From positions 8,654 through 72,653 of the forward strand of contig CACOMW010000004.1 in assembly GCA_902628365.1 (NCBI GenBank): a stretch of 64,000 nt of DNA. Direction: 5' to 3'. Origin of the DNA: an uncultured Marinoscillum sp. (GTDB taxonomy: Bacteria; Bacteroidota; Bacteroidia; Cytophagales; MED-G16). Position 1 is the first letter of the stretch; each line of letters begins with the position of its first letter. Positions 18,878 to 27,757 of the stretch are shown one piece after another. A program made the position numbers and the translations under genes. The notes below the pieces were generated by a model. The model did not search any database. It saw only the letters and a list, made by a program, of their open reading frames with translations, and was not told the DNA's origin.

Positions 18878-19033
18878 TTATTCTAAATCTATCCATAAAT
18901 TAATTACTAAATTTCTAAATAAACTTTTATTTATTGCAAATTTTGTAATAATCTAACTTTTTTTTTAAAATATTTTTTTATTCATTATTATTTAGTTTGT
19001 TTATTTGACTCATTTGCTATCAAATTCATTGCT

Positions 19034-20053
19034 ATGACAAGTATTAATAAATCAAAATTAGAATACATATGGTTGGATGGTAATTCACCAACTCAAACTA
19101 TAAGAAGTAAAACTTTAATTAGAAGAAACTTTTCAGGATCTATAGATGATTGTCCAATGTGGAGCTTTGATGGTAGTTCAACATCTCAAGCTGATGGAAG
19201 TAGTTCAGATTGTTTATTAAAGCCTGTTGCTATTTTTCCAGATCCAGATAGAGTTGATGGATATTTAGTAATGACCGAAGTGTTAAATCCTGATGGTTCG
19301 CCTCACAAAACTAATGGAAGATCAACTATAGATGATGATGATGATGATTTTTGGTTTGGTTTTGAACAAGAATATTTTTTCTGGGATTATGAAATTGATA
19401 AACCTCTGGGATTCCCAAAAGAGGGTTTTCCTTCAAGACCACAAGGACCTTATTATTGTAGTGTTGGTGCTGAAAATACCTTTGGTAGAGAAATTGTTGA
19501 AGCTCATCTTAATCAATGTTTGGATGCTGGAATAAATGTTGAAGGTATTAATGCAGAAGTTGCTCCTGGTCAATGGGAATATCAAATCTTTGCTAAAGGT
19601 GCTAAAAATGCTGGAGACCAAGTATGGGTTGCTAGATATCTTGCTGAAAGAAATGCAGAAAAATTTGGTGTTTCTATTAACCTTCATCCTAAGCCTGTTA
19701 AAGGTGATTGGAATGGTTCTGGTATGCATGCAAACTTTTCTGATAATATTTTAAGAACTTGTGGTGATGAAGCAATTTTTAATAAAGTATGTGATAAGTT
19801 TGGTGAAAATGTTGATTCTCATATTATAGTTTACGGTGCAGACAATGAACAAAGGCTAACCGGTAAACATGAAACTCAATCAATTAATCAATTTAGTTAT
19901 GGTGTTTCTGATAGGGGAGCTTCAATTAGAATTCCTATAGGAACTGTTGAAGATGGATGGAAAGGTAGATTAGAAGATAGAAGACCTGCATCCAATGGCG
20001 ATCCATATAAAATAGCAGCTATAATTATTAAAACAACTAAGTCTGCTTATTGA
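19034..20053 (+). CDS. glnII: glutamine synthetase, type II (eukaryote-like GSII)
   Basis: 339 aa. GSII-type motifs WFGFEQEYF, PQGPYYC, AEVAPGQWEYQ, KPVKGDWNGSGMHANFS, SIRIP. Confidence 0.85.
   Translation: MTSINKSKLEYIWLDGNSPTQTIRSKTLIRRNFSGSIDDCPMWSFDGSSTSQADGSSSDCLLKPVAIFPDPDRVDGYLVMTEVLNPDGSPHKTNGRSTIDDDDDDFWFGFEQEYFFWDYEIDKPLGFPKEGFPSRPQGPYYCSVGAENTFGREIVEAHLNQCLDAGINVEGINAEVAPGQWEYQIFAKGAKNAGDQVWVARYLAERNAEKFGVSINLHPKPVKGDWNGSGMHANFSDNILRTCGDEAIFNKVCDKFGENVDSHIIVYGADNEQRLTGKHETQSINQFSYGVSDRGASIRIPIGTVEDGWKGRLEDRRPASNGDPYKIAAIIIKTTKSAY
19331..19348 (+). repeat. perfect (GAT)6 trinucleotide repeat, in frame (Asp6) within glnII
   Basis: gatgatgatgatgatgat read directly; encodes DDDDDD immediately before FWFGFEQEY. 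Confidence 0.95.
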
Positions 20054-20061
20054 TTTTTATT

Positions 20062-20069
20062 TAGATTTG
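20062..20069 (+). promoter_or_regulatory. candidate -7 box (TAGATTTG)
   Basis: Matches TAnnTTTG, 22 nt upstream of the ATG at 20091. Confidence 0.3.
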
Positions 20070-20090
20070 TATTGAATTTTAATTTTCATA

Positions 20091-21317
20091 ATGAATTTAA
20101 TACAATTATTCTTAGAGAGTTTAGCCTCAATAAAGTCTAATAAATTAAGAGTATTTCTTTCTGCAGCTATAATATCTATTGGAATTTCTTCTTTGGTTGG
20201 TATTTTGACATCAATTGATGGAATTAAGAGCTCTGTAACAGATAGTTTTTCTAGTTTAGGATCTAATGTTTATACTATAGAAAGCTCTCGTGATGAAAGA
20301 GGCAGAAATAGAGGAATAAAAAAGAAAAATAATCCTCCTTTAAAGTGGAGGGAAATTAAAATGTTTGTTCAAAAATATAATGGAAATGGTGTTGTTAGTG
20401 TAAACACTTACGTTACTCAAATAGCAGAACTTAAATACAAATCAAAGACAACAAATCCAAATATAAGTGTATCTGCTGGTGATTTTAATTTATTGAAAGT
20501 TAAGGGTTACAATTTGCGGTCAGGTAGAAATTTTACCGAATTAGAGTCAAATAATGGTGTAAATGTTGCTATTATTGGGTCAAAAATAATAGACAAATTA
20601 TTTGAAAAAAGTGAAAACCCTATAAATAAAGTATTTTCTGCAAGAGGAACAAATTTTAGAATTATTGGGGTTTTAGAAGAGAAAGGTAGCTCATTTGGAA
20701 GAAGTGTAGATGATATGGTAATAATCCCTCTTGAAACTGGTAGAAGATTAAGTCCTTCATCAAGATTTGAAGTTGAGGTTAGGGTAAATAATCCAACTGA
20801 AATAGAAAAGGATATGGGTATTTCTTCAAAAATAATGAGCATAATTAGACAAGATCCAATTGGAAATGAAAAATCTTTTGAGGTAGTTAGAAATGAATCA
20901 TTAGAAGAAAGATTAAGTGATATAACTGGATATCTTAAAATAGGCGGTTTTTCTATTTCTTTTATAACATTACTTGGGGCATCAATTGGATTAATGAATA
21001 TTATGCTAGTTTCTGTAAATGAAAGAACTAGAGAAATTGGAATTAGAAAGTCAATTGGTGCTACTCCAATTGATATTAAAAATCAATTTCTAACTGAGTC
21101 AATTGTGATTTGTCAGCTTGGTGGAGTAGGGGGTGTTCTTTTTGGTCTTATCTTTGGTATAGGAGTAACTTGGTTTATGGGAGGTACATTTTCAATTCCA
21201 TGGCTTTGGATACTATTAGGAATAATAATTAGTACACTAGTAGGAATTATTAGTGGGTATATTCCAGCCAATAGAGCTAGTAAACTTGATCCTATAGAAT
21301 CTTTACGATATGAATAG
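20091..21317 (+). CDS. ABC transporter permease, FtsX/MacB-like
   Basis: N-terminal TM, large periplasmic domain, and C-terminal FtsX-type 3-TM bundle ending NRASKLDPIESLRYE. No ATPase partner adjacent. Confidence 0.75.
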   Translation: MNLIQLFLESLASIKSNKLRVFLSAAIISIGISSLVGILTSIDGIKSSVTDSFSSLGSNVYTIESSRDERGRNRGIKKKNNPPLKWREIKMFVQKYNGNGVVSVNTYVTQIAELKYKSKTTNPNISVSAGDFNLLKVKGYNLRSGRNFTELESNNGVNVAIIGSKIIDKLFEKSENPINKVFSARGTNFRIIGVLEEKGSSFGRSVDDMVIIPLETGRRLSPSSRFEVEVRVNNPTEIEKDMGISSKIMSIIRQDPIGNEKSFEVVRNESLEERLSDITGYLKIGGFSISFITLLGASIGLMNIMLVSVNERTREIGIRKSIGATPIDIKNQFLTESIVICQLGGVGGVLFGLIFGIGVTWFMGGTFSIPWLWILLGIIISTLVGIISGYIPANRASKLDPIESLRYE

Positions 21318-21320
21318 GTT

Positions 21321-22700
21321 CTAAATAAAACTTATACCAAAAAATTTTTCTAAAAATGTAATTAAGAATAAAGAACCTAAAATTAGCGGGCATATAAATG
21401 AAATTGAAAAAGAAATATATTTAGCTACAAATGAATTTTTAAAATTATTATTTCCAATAGATATTTCTTCTAGTAAATTTTCTTTTTTCCAAATATATGC
21501 TGCAAAAATAGTTATCAAAAACCCACCTAATGGTAATAATGTATCGTTTGAGACATGAATTATAAAGCTCATGAAATCAACTGGTTTTGTTGACCCCAAA
21601 TAAGTAATGAAATTTTTAAAAAATAAAAATTCACCATGTGATAATAAAGATGGAATACCTAAAATAAAAATAAAAAAAGCTATAATCCATACAGATAATT
21701 TTCTTGAGATTTTATATTCGTCAACAACATAAGAAACTGGAACTTCTAAAAGAGATACGGTTGATGTTAAAGCAGCGAAAGTAAGTAAAATAAAAAAGGT
21801 TGAACCAACCAAAACTCCCGTTGTTTCGCCAAGTGATTCAAAAATTTGAGGTAATGTTGTAAAAATTAAACCTGGGCCTCCTTCAACAGCTAAGCCTTTT
21901 GAAAATATAAAGGGAAATATAACTAAACCTGCTAAAAATGCAATTCCAACATCTGCCAAGGTAATTAATGCAGCAGATTTTACTATGTTATTATCTTTAT
22001 CAATATAACTTCCATATGTTATTAACATTCCCATACCTAACGAAAGAGAAAAGAAAGCCTGACCTAATGCGCTACCTGCTACATTTAAATTTATTTGCGA
22101 AAAATCGGGAATTAAATAAAATTTAATTCCATCTAATGAATTTGGTAGTGTAAGAGCATAAATAATCAATATAATCATTAAAAAAATTAAGGAGGGCATT
22201 AATATTTTTGAAGCTTTTTCTATACCATCTGCAATTCCTTTAGATACAATAAATGCAGTTACAAACATGAATAAAAATGAATATAACATTATATACTTTA
22301 CATTATTTGTATATTCATAAAAGCTTTCATAAATCTGAAAGTTACCCCTAATCATTTCAAATACATATCCTAACACCCAACCAGCAACAACCGAATAAAA
22401 TGATAAAATTAAAATACCCGTTAAAACTCCCATTTTACCAATAAAACTCCACTTTTTAAAACCTAATTTTTGAAATGAACCTATAGCATTTCTATTTGAT
22501 TTTCTTCCAATAGCAATTTCAGATACAATGACAGGGAAACATAAAATAAAGCAAAAAAATAAATACATTAATAAAAAAGCTGCACCACCTCCCTCAGAAA
22601 CTTCTATTGGGAATTTCCATATATTACCTAAGCCAACTGCAGAACCTGCAGCAGCTAAAATAAAACCTAGTTTTGTGTTAAAACCACCTCTTGGATTCAT
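21321..22700 (-). CDS. neurotransmitter:sodium symporter (NSS/SNF) family transporter
   Basis: N-terminal AAAGSAVGLGNIWKFP signature and about 11-12 TM segments. Confidence 0.8.
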   Translation of the reverse strand: MNPRGGFNTKLGFILAAAGSAVGLGNIWKFPIEVSEGGGAAFLLMYLFFCFILCFPVIVSEIAIGRKSNRNAIGSFQKLGFKKWSFIGKMGVLTGILILSFYSVVAGWVLGYVFEMIRGNFQIYESFYEYTNNVKYIMLYSFLFMFVTAFIVSKGIADGIEKASKILMPSLIFLMIILIIYALTLPNSLDGIKFYLIPDFSQINLNVAGSALGQAFFSLSLGMGMLITYGSYIDKDNNIVKSAALITLADVGIAFLAGLVIFPFIFSKGLAVEGGPGLIFTTLPQIFESLGETTGVLVGSTFFILLTFAALTSTVSLLEVPVSYVVDEYKISRKLSVWIIAFFIFILGIPSLLSHGEFLFFKNFITYLGSTKPVDFMSFIIHVSNDTLLPLGGFLITIFAAYIWKKENLLEEISIGNNNFKNSFVAKYISFSISFICPLILGSLFLITFLEKFFGISFI

Positions 22701-22760
22701 TAGATAATTCTTTATTTAAAGATATAAATAAAGATAAATTAATAATACTATAATTAATTA

Positions 22761-24569
22761 TTATAGAATATTAAAAATATTATATTCTCCTGCAGATATT
22801 ACTTTATCGGCAATTCTTCTTCTTGTATCTTTAATATTAATAGGATTAATTTTCGTAAATCTTCTTAATCCGATAATCATCATATTTAATTCATCAGAAG
22901 AAACAAAGTTATTTAAACATTCCTTACCAGAATTTGATACAATAACACACGTATCATATAGAAATGACTTTGTAATATCAAAATAAATTGAATTTTCATC
23001 TTTATTGTATTTTTTTATAATCTTCTCAGATCTTAATAATACCGATTCAGCAGCATATAAATTTATTATCATATCTGCAATATTCATTAATATCTCTTGT
23101 TCATCAGAAATTTTATCTTTAAAATGTAGAGCAGCCTTACCTAAAACCATAAGAGTTGCCTTTTTTAAATTTTTAATCACCTGATGATATTCACTAAAAA
23201 TAGAACCATCATCGCCATTATCTAATGTTGGAACAGATAATAATTCTTCAGAAACAGATAATGCACTTGAGGTTATATCTAATTCTCCTTTTGCTGCTCT
23301 TTTTAAAATCATTCCCACTAATAACATTCTATTTATTTCACTTGTTCCTTCATAAATTCTAGATATCCTAGCATCTCGATAAGCTCTAGCCATAGGGGCC
23401 TCTTCAGAAAATCCCATTCCTCCATAAATCTGAACACCTTCATCTACTACATAATCAAGTATTTCAGAACCAAAGACTTTTGCTATAGCACATTCTATAG
23501 CAAACTGATCTAAAGCATTAACCTCAGCCTTAGATTTTGATAAACCGTTATCCATTAATTCTAACACTTTATTATCAATATCTTGACCTGCCCTGTATGA
23601 TAAAGCTTCACAAGCATAGGTTTTACAGATCATTTGAGCAATTTTATTTTTAATAGCTCCAAAAGATGATATTGGATGTCCAAATTGTACCCTTTCATTA
23701 GAATAAGTAATAACATGATCTATAATACCTCTACAGCCACCTAATACTCCAGCACCTAACTTGATTCTACCAATATTTAAAACGTTTAGAGCAATTTTAA
23801 AACCATTTTCTCTTTCTGATAATAAATTGTCAATTGGTACTTTACAGTCATTAAAAAATATTTGTCTAGTTGAAGAACCTTTAATGCCAAGTTTCTTTTC
23901 TTCATCATTCATTGTTATACCTCCAAAAGATTTTTCTACTATAAATGCTGATAAATTTTTATCATCATCAATTTTTGCAAAAACAATATATAGATCTGAT
24001 ATTCCACCATTAGTAATCCACATCTTTTGACCATTAATTAAATAGTGTTTTTTATCTGAAGATAATTTTGCTCTTGTTTTAGCAGCATTAGCATCTGAGC
24101 CTGAATCTGGTTCAGATAAACAATATGCACCTTTCCACTCTCCAGAAACTAGTTTTGGTAAATATTTACTTTTTTGATCTTCAGTTCCATAGTATAAAAT
24201 TGGTAAAGTAGCAATAGCAGTATGGGCTCCATAAGCTGTTGAAAAAGAACCTGTAGAACCAACTATATCAGCAATTAACATACTAGTGTTAAAACTCATG
24301 TCTAGTCCTCCATATTGAGATGGAACACAAATTCCGAGTAAACCAAGTTCTCCAGCTTTTTCTAATAGTGAGACCATCAAACCATCTTCAAGATCGTCGA
24401 CTTTATCTCTTACAGGGTCTACATCTCTTTTTATAAAATCTTCACATGCTTCAACCATCATTCTTTGTTCTTCATTAAAATCATCGATAGTAAAAATTGA
24501 ATCGGAATCGATATCATTGATTAGAAATTCCCCACCGATTAATGATTTTTTTAAAACTTCTTTATCCAT
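22761..24569 (-). CDS. acyl-CoA dehydrogenase family protein (long, FadE-like)
   Basis: ACAD motifs CLSEPDSGSD, WITNG, IYGGMGF, IYEGTSEINR, plus a C-terminal extension. Confidence 0.8.
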   Translation of the reverse strand: MDKEVLKKSLIGGEFLINDIDSDSIFTIDDFNEEQRMMVEACEDFIKRDVDPVRDKVDDLEDGLMVSLLEKAGELGLLGICVPSQYGGLDMSFNTSMLIADIVGSTGSFSTAYGAHTAIATLPILYYGTEDQKSKYLPKLVSGEWKGAYCLSEPDSGSDANAAKTRAKLSSDKKHYLINGQKMWITNGGISDLYIVFAKIDDDKNLSAFIVEKSFGGITMNDEEKKLGIKGSSTRQIFFNDCKVPIDNLLSERENGFKIALNVLNIGRIKLGAGVLGGCRGIIDHVITYSNERVQFGHPISSFGAIKNKIAQMICKTYACEALSYRAGQDIDNKVLELMDNGLSKSKAEVNALDQFAIECAIAKVFGSEILDYVVDEGVQIYGGMGFSEEAPMARAYRDARISRIYEGTSEINRMLLVGMILKRAAKGELDITSSALSVSEELLSVPTLDNGDDGSIFSEYHQVIKNLKKATLMVLGKAALHFKDKISDEQEILMNIADMIINLYAAESVLLRSEKIIKKYNKDENSIYFDITKSFLYDTCVIVSNSGKECLNNFVSSDELNMMIIGLRRFTKINPINIKDTRRRIADKVISAGEYNIFNIL

Positions 24570-24607
24570 TTTTTTTAATTTTTAATAATACTTTTTTAAA
24601 TAACGTT

Positions 24608-24615
24608 CAAAAATA
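24608..24615 (-). promoter_or_regulatory. candidate -7 box (TATTTTTG on minus strand) for the acyl-CoA dehydrogenase gene
   Basis: Plus-strand CAAAAATA, 39 nt upstream of the start at 24569. Confidence 0.3.
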
Positions 24616-24662
24616 AAATTATGTTTTTAAAATATTCATTATTTATGTAAAAATTTAGTTAA

Positions 24663-27191
24663 CTATAAGTTAAGATTTCTTAAATCTACTGGCACGACTT
24701 TAGAAACACCTTGTTCTGGCATAGTAATTCCATAAATAATATCTGTATTCATCATTGTTCTTTTATTATGTGTCACTATTATAAACTGAGAATCCTTCGA
24801 AAACTTTTTTATAATCCTATTAAACTTATCAATATTATTATCATCAAGAGGAGCATCTACTTCATCAAAAATACAAAATGGAGCAGGTTTCAATAGATAT
24901 ATTGCAAACAATAATGAAGTGGCAGTCAATGTTTTTTCTCCTCCTGAAAGTTGATTAATTGAAATTGGTTTCTTTCCTTTTGGTTTAGCTAATATATCAA
25001 TACTTGATTCTAAAGGACTGTTATGATCGGATAATATTAAATCACAATCATCATCTTCTATAAATAGGGAACGAAAAACATCTTTAAAATATTTTTTGAT
25101 TTTCTCAAAAGAATCTAAAAATGTTTCGGTAGCATTTTTATCAATTTCTGTAATTGTTTTTAATAATGATTCCTTAGCTTCTAATAAATCATTTTTTTCT
25201 TTCGTAATAAACTCATGTCTTTCTTTCATTTCATTATATGTTTCTAATGCTAAAGGATTAATCTGTCCAATTTTATCAATTTTTTCTTTTGTTTTTAAAA
25301 TAATATTTTCAACAATTTCAATCGATTTATTTTCAAAAACACCTTCATCTAATTTCAAATCCAAAATATTTAATTCAAATTCAACCTTTATTCGTTCACT
25401 TACAGAATTTAAATCTAATTCTAAGTCATGAATTTCATTTTTATGTTCATTTATTAAAAGTAGATTTTGTTCTTTTTTATCTCTATTTAATTTTATTTCA
25501 TCATCAATTTTATCAATTTCATCTCTTGTTTTTTGATAATCATTTTCATAATTATTTAATTCAATTTCTAGTTTATCTTTTTGATTATATAGATCGATCA
25601 ACAAATTATCTTTATCTGATGTAATATTTTTTGAATTTTTAATTTGATCTTTTGTATTTAATAATTCTTTTTTATTGTTTTTAATTTGCTTGAGATTATA
25701 ATCATAAGTTGACGATTTATAATCTAATTCATTAGTTATAGAATTTATTTTATTTTTTATTTTATTAAAAAGTATTTCCTCATTTGATAAATCCTTTGAT
25801 TTTTTGGTAAACTGTTTATTTAATTTAATTAATTCTTTGTTTTCATTTGAAAAGGATTTTTCAATGAAGTTGACATTTAATAATATTTCATCAATTTTTT
25901 TTTCGAATGAATTTAATTTTAAAATAATTTCTTTTTTATTCATTTCTTCAATTTGAATAAGACTAATTATTTGATTTTTCTTTTCTTGAATAGATTTTAA
26001 ATTAAAATTAATTGATCTGAATTTCTCATTTATTTCGTCTAAACTTGAATATTTAATTTGTTTATTATCAATTTCTTTTTCAAATTTTGAAAATTCTTCT
26101 TTTGTTTTGTTTAATTTTTTTGAAAGCTTTTGTAAGGAATTTTCTTCTTGTAAAATTTCTTTTTTAATACTCTCAATTGAAAATAAAGATCTTGAATTAC
26201 TTTCTTCATCTAATTTTATTTTTTTATTGAGTTCATCAGATTTTATTTCAAGAAATTTTAATTTTTCTTTTTTTATTTTTTTATTTTCTTCATGTTTTCT
26301 GATTCTCTCCAATTTATCATTTACGACCTTTTGTTTTTTCATCAATTCTTTTTCGAACGAAATCAAAGAAGATTTAAGTGATTCTAAGTTTGCATTTTTT
26401 TTTGCAATACCTGATGATAACTTTATATCATTAACTTCTATTTTTTTAAGATCTGTTTTTAATTTATTTAATCTAATAGTCTTTTCTTCTGTTGTTTTTA
26501 TTGCTAGATTAATTGATAGTTTTTTGTATTTATCCTTTAATTCATAAAACTTTTTTGTTTGTTCTGATTGTCTTTTTAAAGAACGTAAATTCTTTTCAAT
26601 TTCATATATTAAATCATCGACTCTTTCTAAATCTTTATCAGTATAATCTATCTTATTTAGAGTTTCTTTTTTTCTTTTCTTAAATTTTGAAATACCTGAT
26701 GCTTCTTCAAATAATTTCATTCTCGAATTATCTTTATCATTTAATATATTATCTACCATTGATAATTCAATTATTGCATAATTATTTGATGTAATCCCAG
26801 TATCTAAAAATAAATTTGTAATATCTTTTAATCTACATTTAATGTCATTTAAAAAATATTCGCTCTCACCTGATCTAAAATATTTTCTAGTTATAGATAC
26901 ATTTGAATATTCTGTTGGGATTAAATTCTTTGTATTATCAAATGTTATAGAAACTTCTGCTAAATTTAATTTTTTTCTTGATTTGCTTCCATTAAAAATT
27001 ATATTTTCCATTTTATCTGATCTAAGTAAAGTTGTTTTTTGTTCACCTAAAACCCATCTAATAGCATCGACAACATTAGATTTACCACAACCATTTGGAC
27101 CTACAACACCTGTTACCCCATCATTAAAATTTATTATTGTTTTATCTCCAAAACTTTTAAATCCTTTTATTTCAATTTTACTTAGTTTCAT
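24663..27191 (-). CDS. smc: SMC-type chromosome segregation ATPase, unusually short (842 aa) with no recognisable hinge
   Basis: Canonical SMC head: KIEIKGFKSFGDKT...GPNGCGKSNVVDAIRWVLGEQ; C-terminal LSGGEKTLTATSLLFAI, FCIFDEVDAPLD, THNK. The ATG at 27191 is preferred over the track TTG at 27224 because a TATATTTG box sits at 27222-27229. Confidence 0.8.
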   Translation of the reverse strand: MKLSKIEIKGFKSFGDKTIINFNDGVTGVVGPNGCGKSNVVDAIRWVLGEQKTTLLRSDKMENIIFNGSKSRKKLNLAEVSITFDNTKNLIPTEYSNVSITRKYFRSGESEYFLNDIKCRLKDITNLFLDTGITSNNYAIIELSMVDNILNDKDNSRMKLFEEASGISKFKKRKKETLNKIDYTDKDLERVDDLIYEIEKNLRSLKRQSEQTKKFYELKDKYKKLSINLAIKTTEEKTIRLNKLKTDLKKIEVNDIKLSSGIAKKNANLESLKSSLISFEKELMKKQKVVNDKLERIRKHEENKKIKKEKLKFLEIKSDELNKKIKLDEESNSRSLFSIESIKKEILQEENSLQKLSKKLNKTKEEFSKFEKEIDNKQIKYSSLDEINEKFRSINFNLKSIQEKKNQIISLIQIEEMNKKEIILKLNSFEKKIDEILLNVNFIEKSFSNENKELIKLNKQFTKKSKDLSNEEILFNKIKNKINSITNELDYKSSTYDYNLKQIKNNKKELLNTKDQIKNSKNITSDKDNLLIDLYNQKDKLEIELNNYENDYQKTRDEIDKIDDEIKLNRDKKEQNLLLINEHKNEIHDLELDLNSVSERIKVEFELNILDLKLDEGVFENKSIEIVENIILKTKEKIDKIGQINPLALETYNEMKERHEFITKEKNDLLEAKESLLKTITEIDKNATETFLDSFEKIKKYFKDVFRSLFIEDDDCDLILSDHNSPLESSIDILAKPKGKKPISINQLSGGEKTLTATSLLFAIYLLKPAPFCIFDEVDAPLDDNNIDKFNRIIKKFSKDSQFIIVTHNKRTMMNTDIIYGITMPEQGVSKVVPVDLRNLNL

Positions 27192-27205
27192 TGTTGATAA
27201 TGAAT

Positions 27206-27213
27206 TAAATTTG
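27206..27213 (+). promoter_or_regulatory. candidate -7 box (TAAATTTG)
   Basis: Matches TAnnTTTG, 30 nt upstream of the ATG at 27243. Confidence 0.3.
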
Positions 27214-27221
27214 GAAGACAA

Positions 27222-27229
27222 CAAATATA
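27222..27229 (-). promoter_or_regulatory. candidate -7 box (TATATTTG on minus strand) for smc
   Basis: Plus-strand CAAATATA, 31 nt upstream of the ATG at 27191. Confidence 0.3.
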
Positions 27230-27242
27230 ATAATTATTAAAT

Positions 27243-27752
27243 ATGGATTTTGATTTAGAGAATCTAATATACATTTTTGGTGCCCTTGCTTATTTTGCGT
27301 CTGCAATATTTGGTTGGTTTAAAGAAAAAAATAAGAAAAAAGGTATTGAAGATGAGAGTCAGGATAATAAAGAAATTCAAGAAGATAAAATTCCTAAAAC
27401 ATTTCAAGATTTAGTCGATCAAGTAAAATCAGAACTTTCTCAAGATGATAAAGAAAAAGAATTAATAATCAAAGAAGAAGAGGCAGTGAGTGAATTACCT
27501 TCTTTGGATAATGTAAAATCTGAAGTTGAAGAAAATACAGAAAATTTTAAGACTGAAGAAAAAAATGATTTTAAAGAAATAGAAAAAAAACCTAACAAAA
27601 CTCTTAGTAAAAGAGTTGAAAGATTAGATGGATATAAAATTAAAGAGAAAAGGAACGAAGAGTTTGAAAATGAATTATTTGATGAATTAAAAGATTCTAG
27701 TTCATTAAAAAAAGCATTTTTATTTAAAGAAATTTTAAAAAGAAAATTTTAA
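27243..27752 (+). CDS. hypothetical membrane-anchored, K/E-rich protein
   Basis: One N-terminal TM (IYIFGALAYFASAIFGWF) followed by a highly charged low-complexity region. Confidence 0.45.
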   Translation: MDFDLENLIYIFGALAYFASAIFGWFKEKNKKKGIEDESQDNKEIQEDKIPKTFQDLVDQVKSELSQDDKEKELIIKEEEAVSELPSLDNVKSEVEENTENFKTEEKNDFKEIEKKPNKTLSKRVERLDGYKIKEKRNEEFENELFDELKDSSSLKKAFLFKEILKRKF

Positions 27753-27757
27753 AAGAA

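Noticed and set aside
25000-26600. Apparent DNA-level repetitiveness (A/T-rich aaa/gaa/aat runs) that could suggest a tandem repeat or CRISPR-like array
   Set aside because: There is no fixed-length unit or spacer structure. It is coding low complexity from the K/E/N-rich coiled coil of smc.
24711-27240. Plus-strand ORFs inside smc (24711-24896, 25096-25431, 26107-26547, 26842-27240)
   Set aside because: They are antisense to a gene with unmistakable SMC motifs. Their F/S/I/L-rich products are the expected mirror of K/E/N-rich coiled-coil codons.
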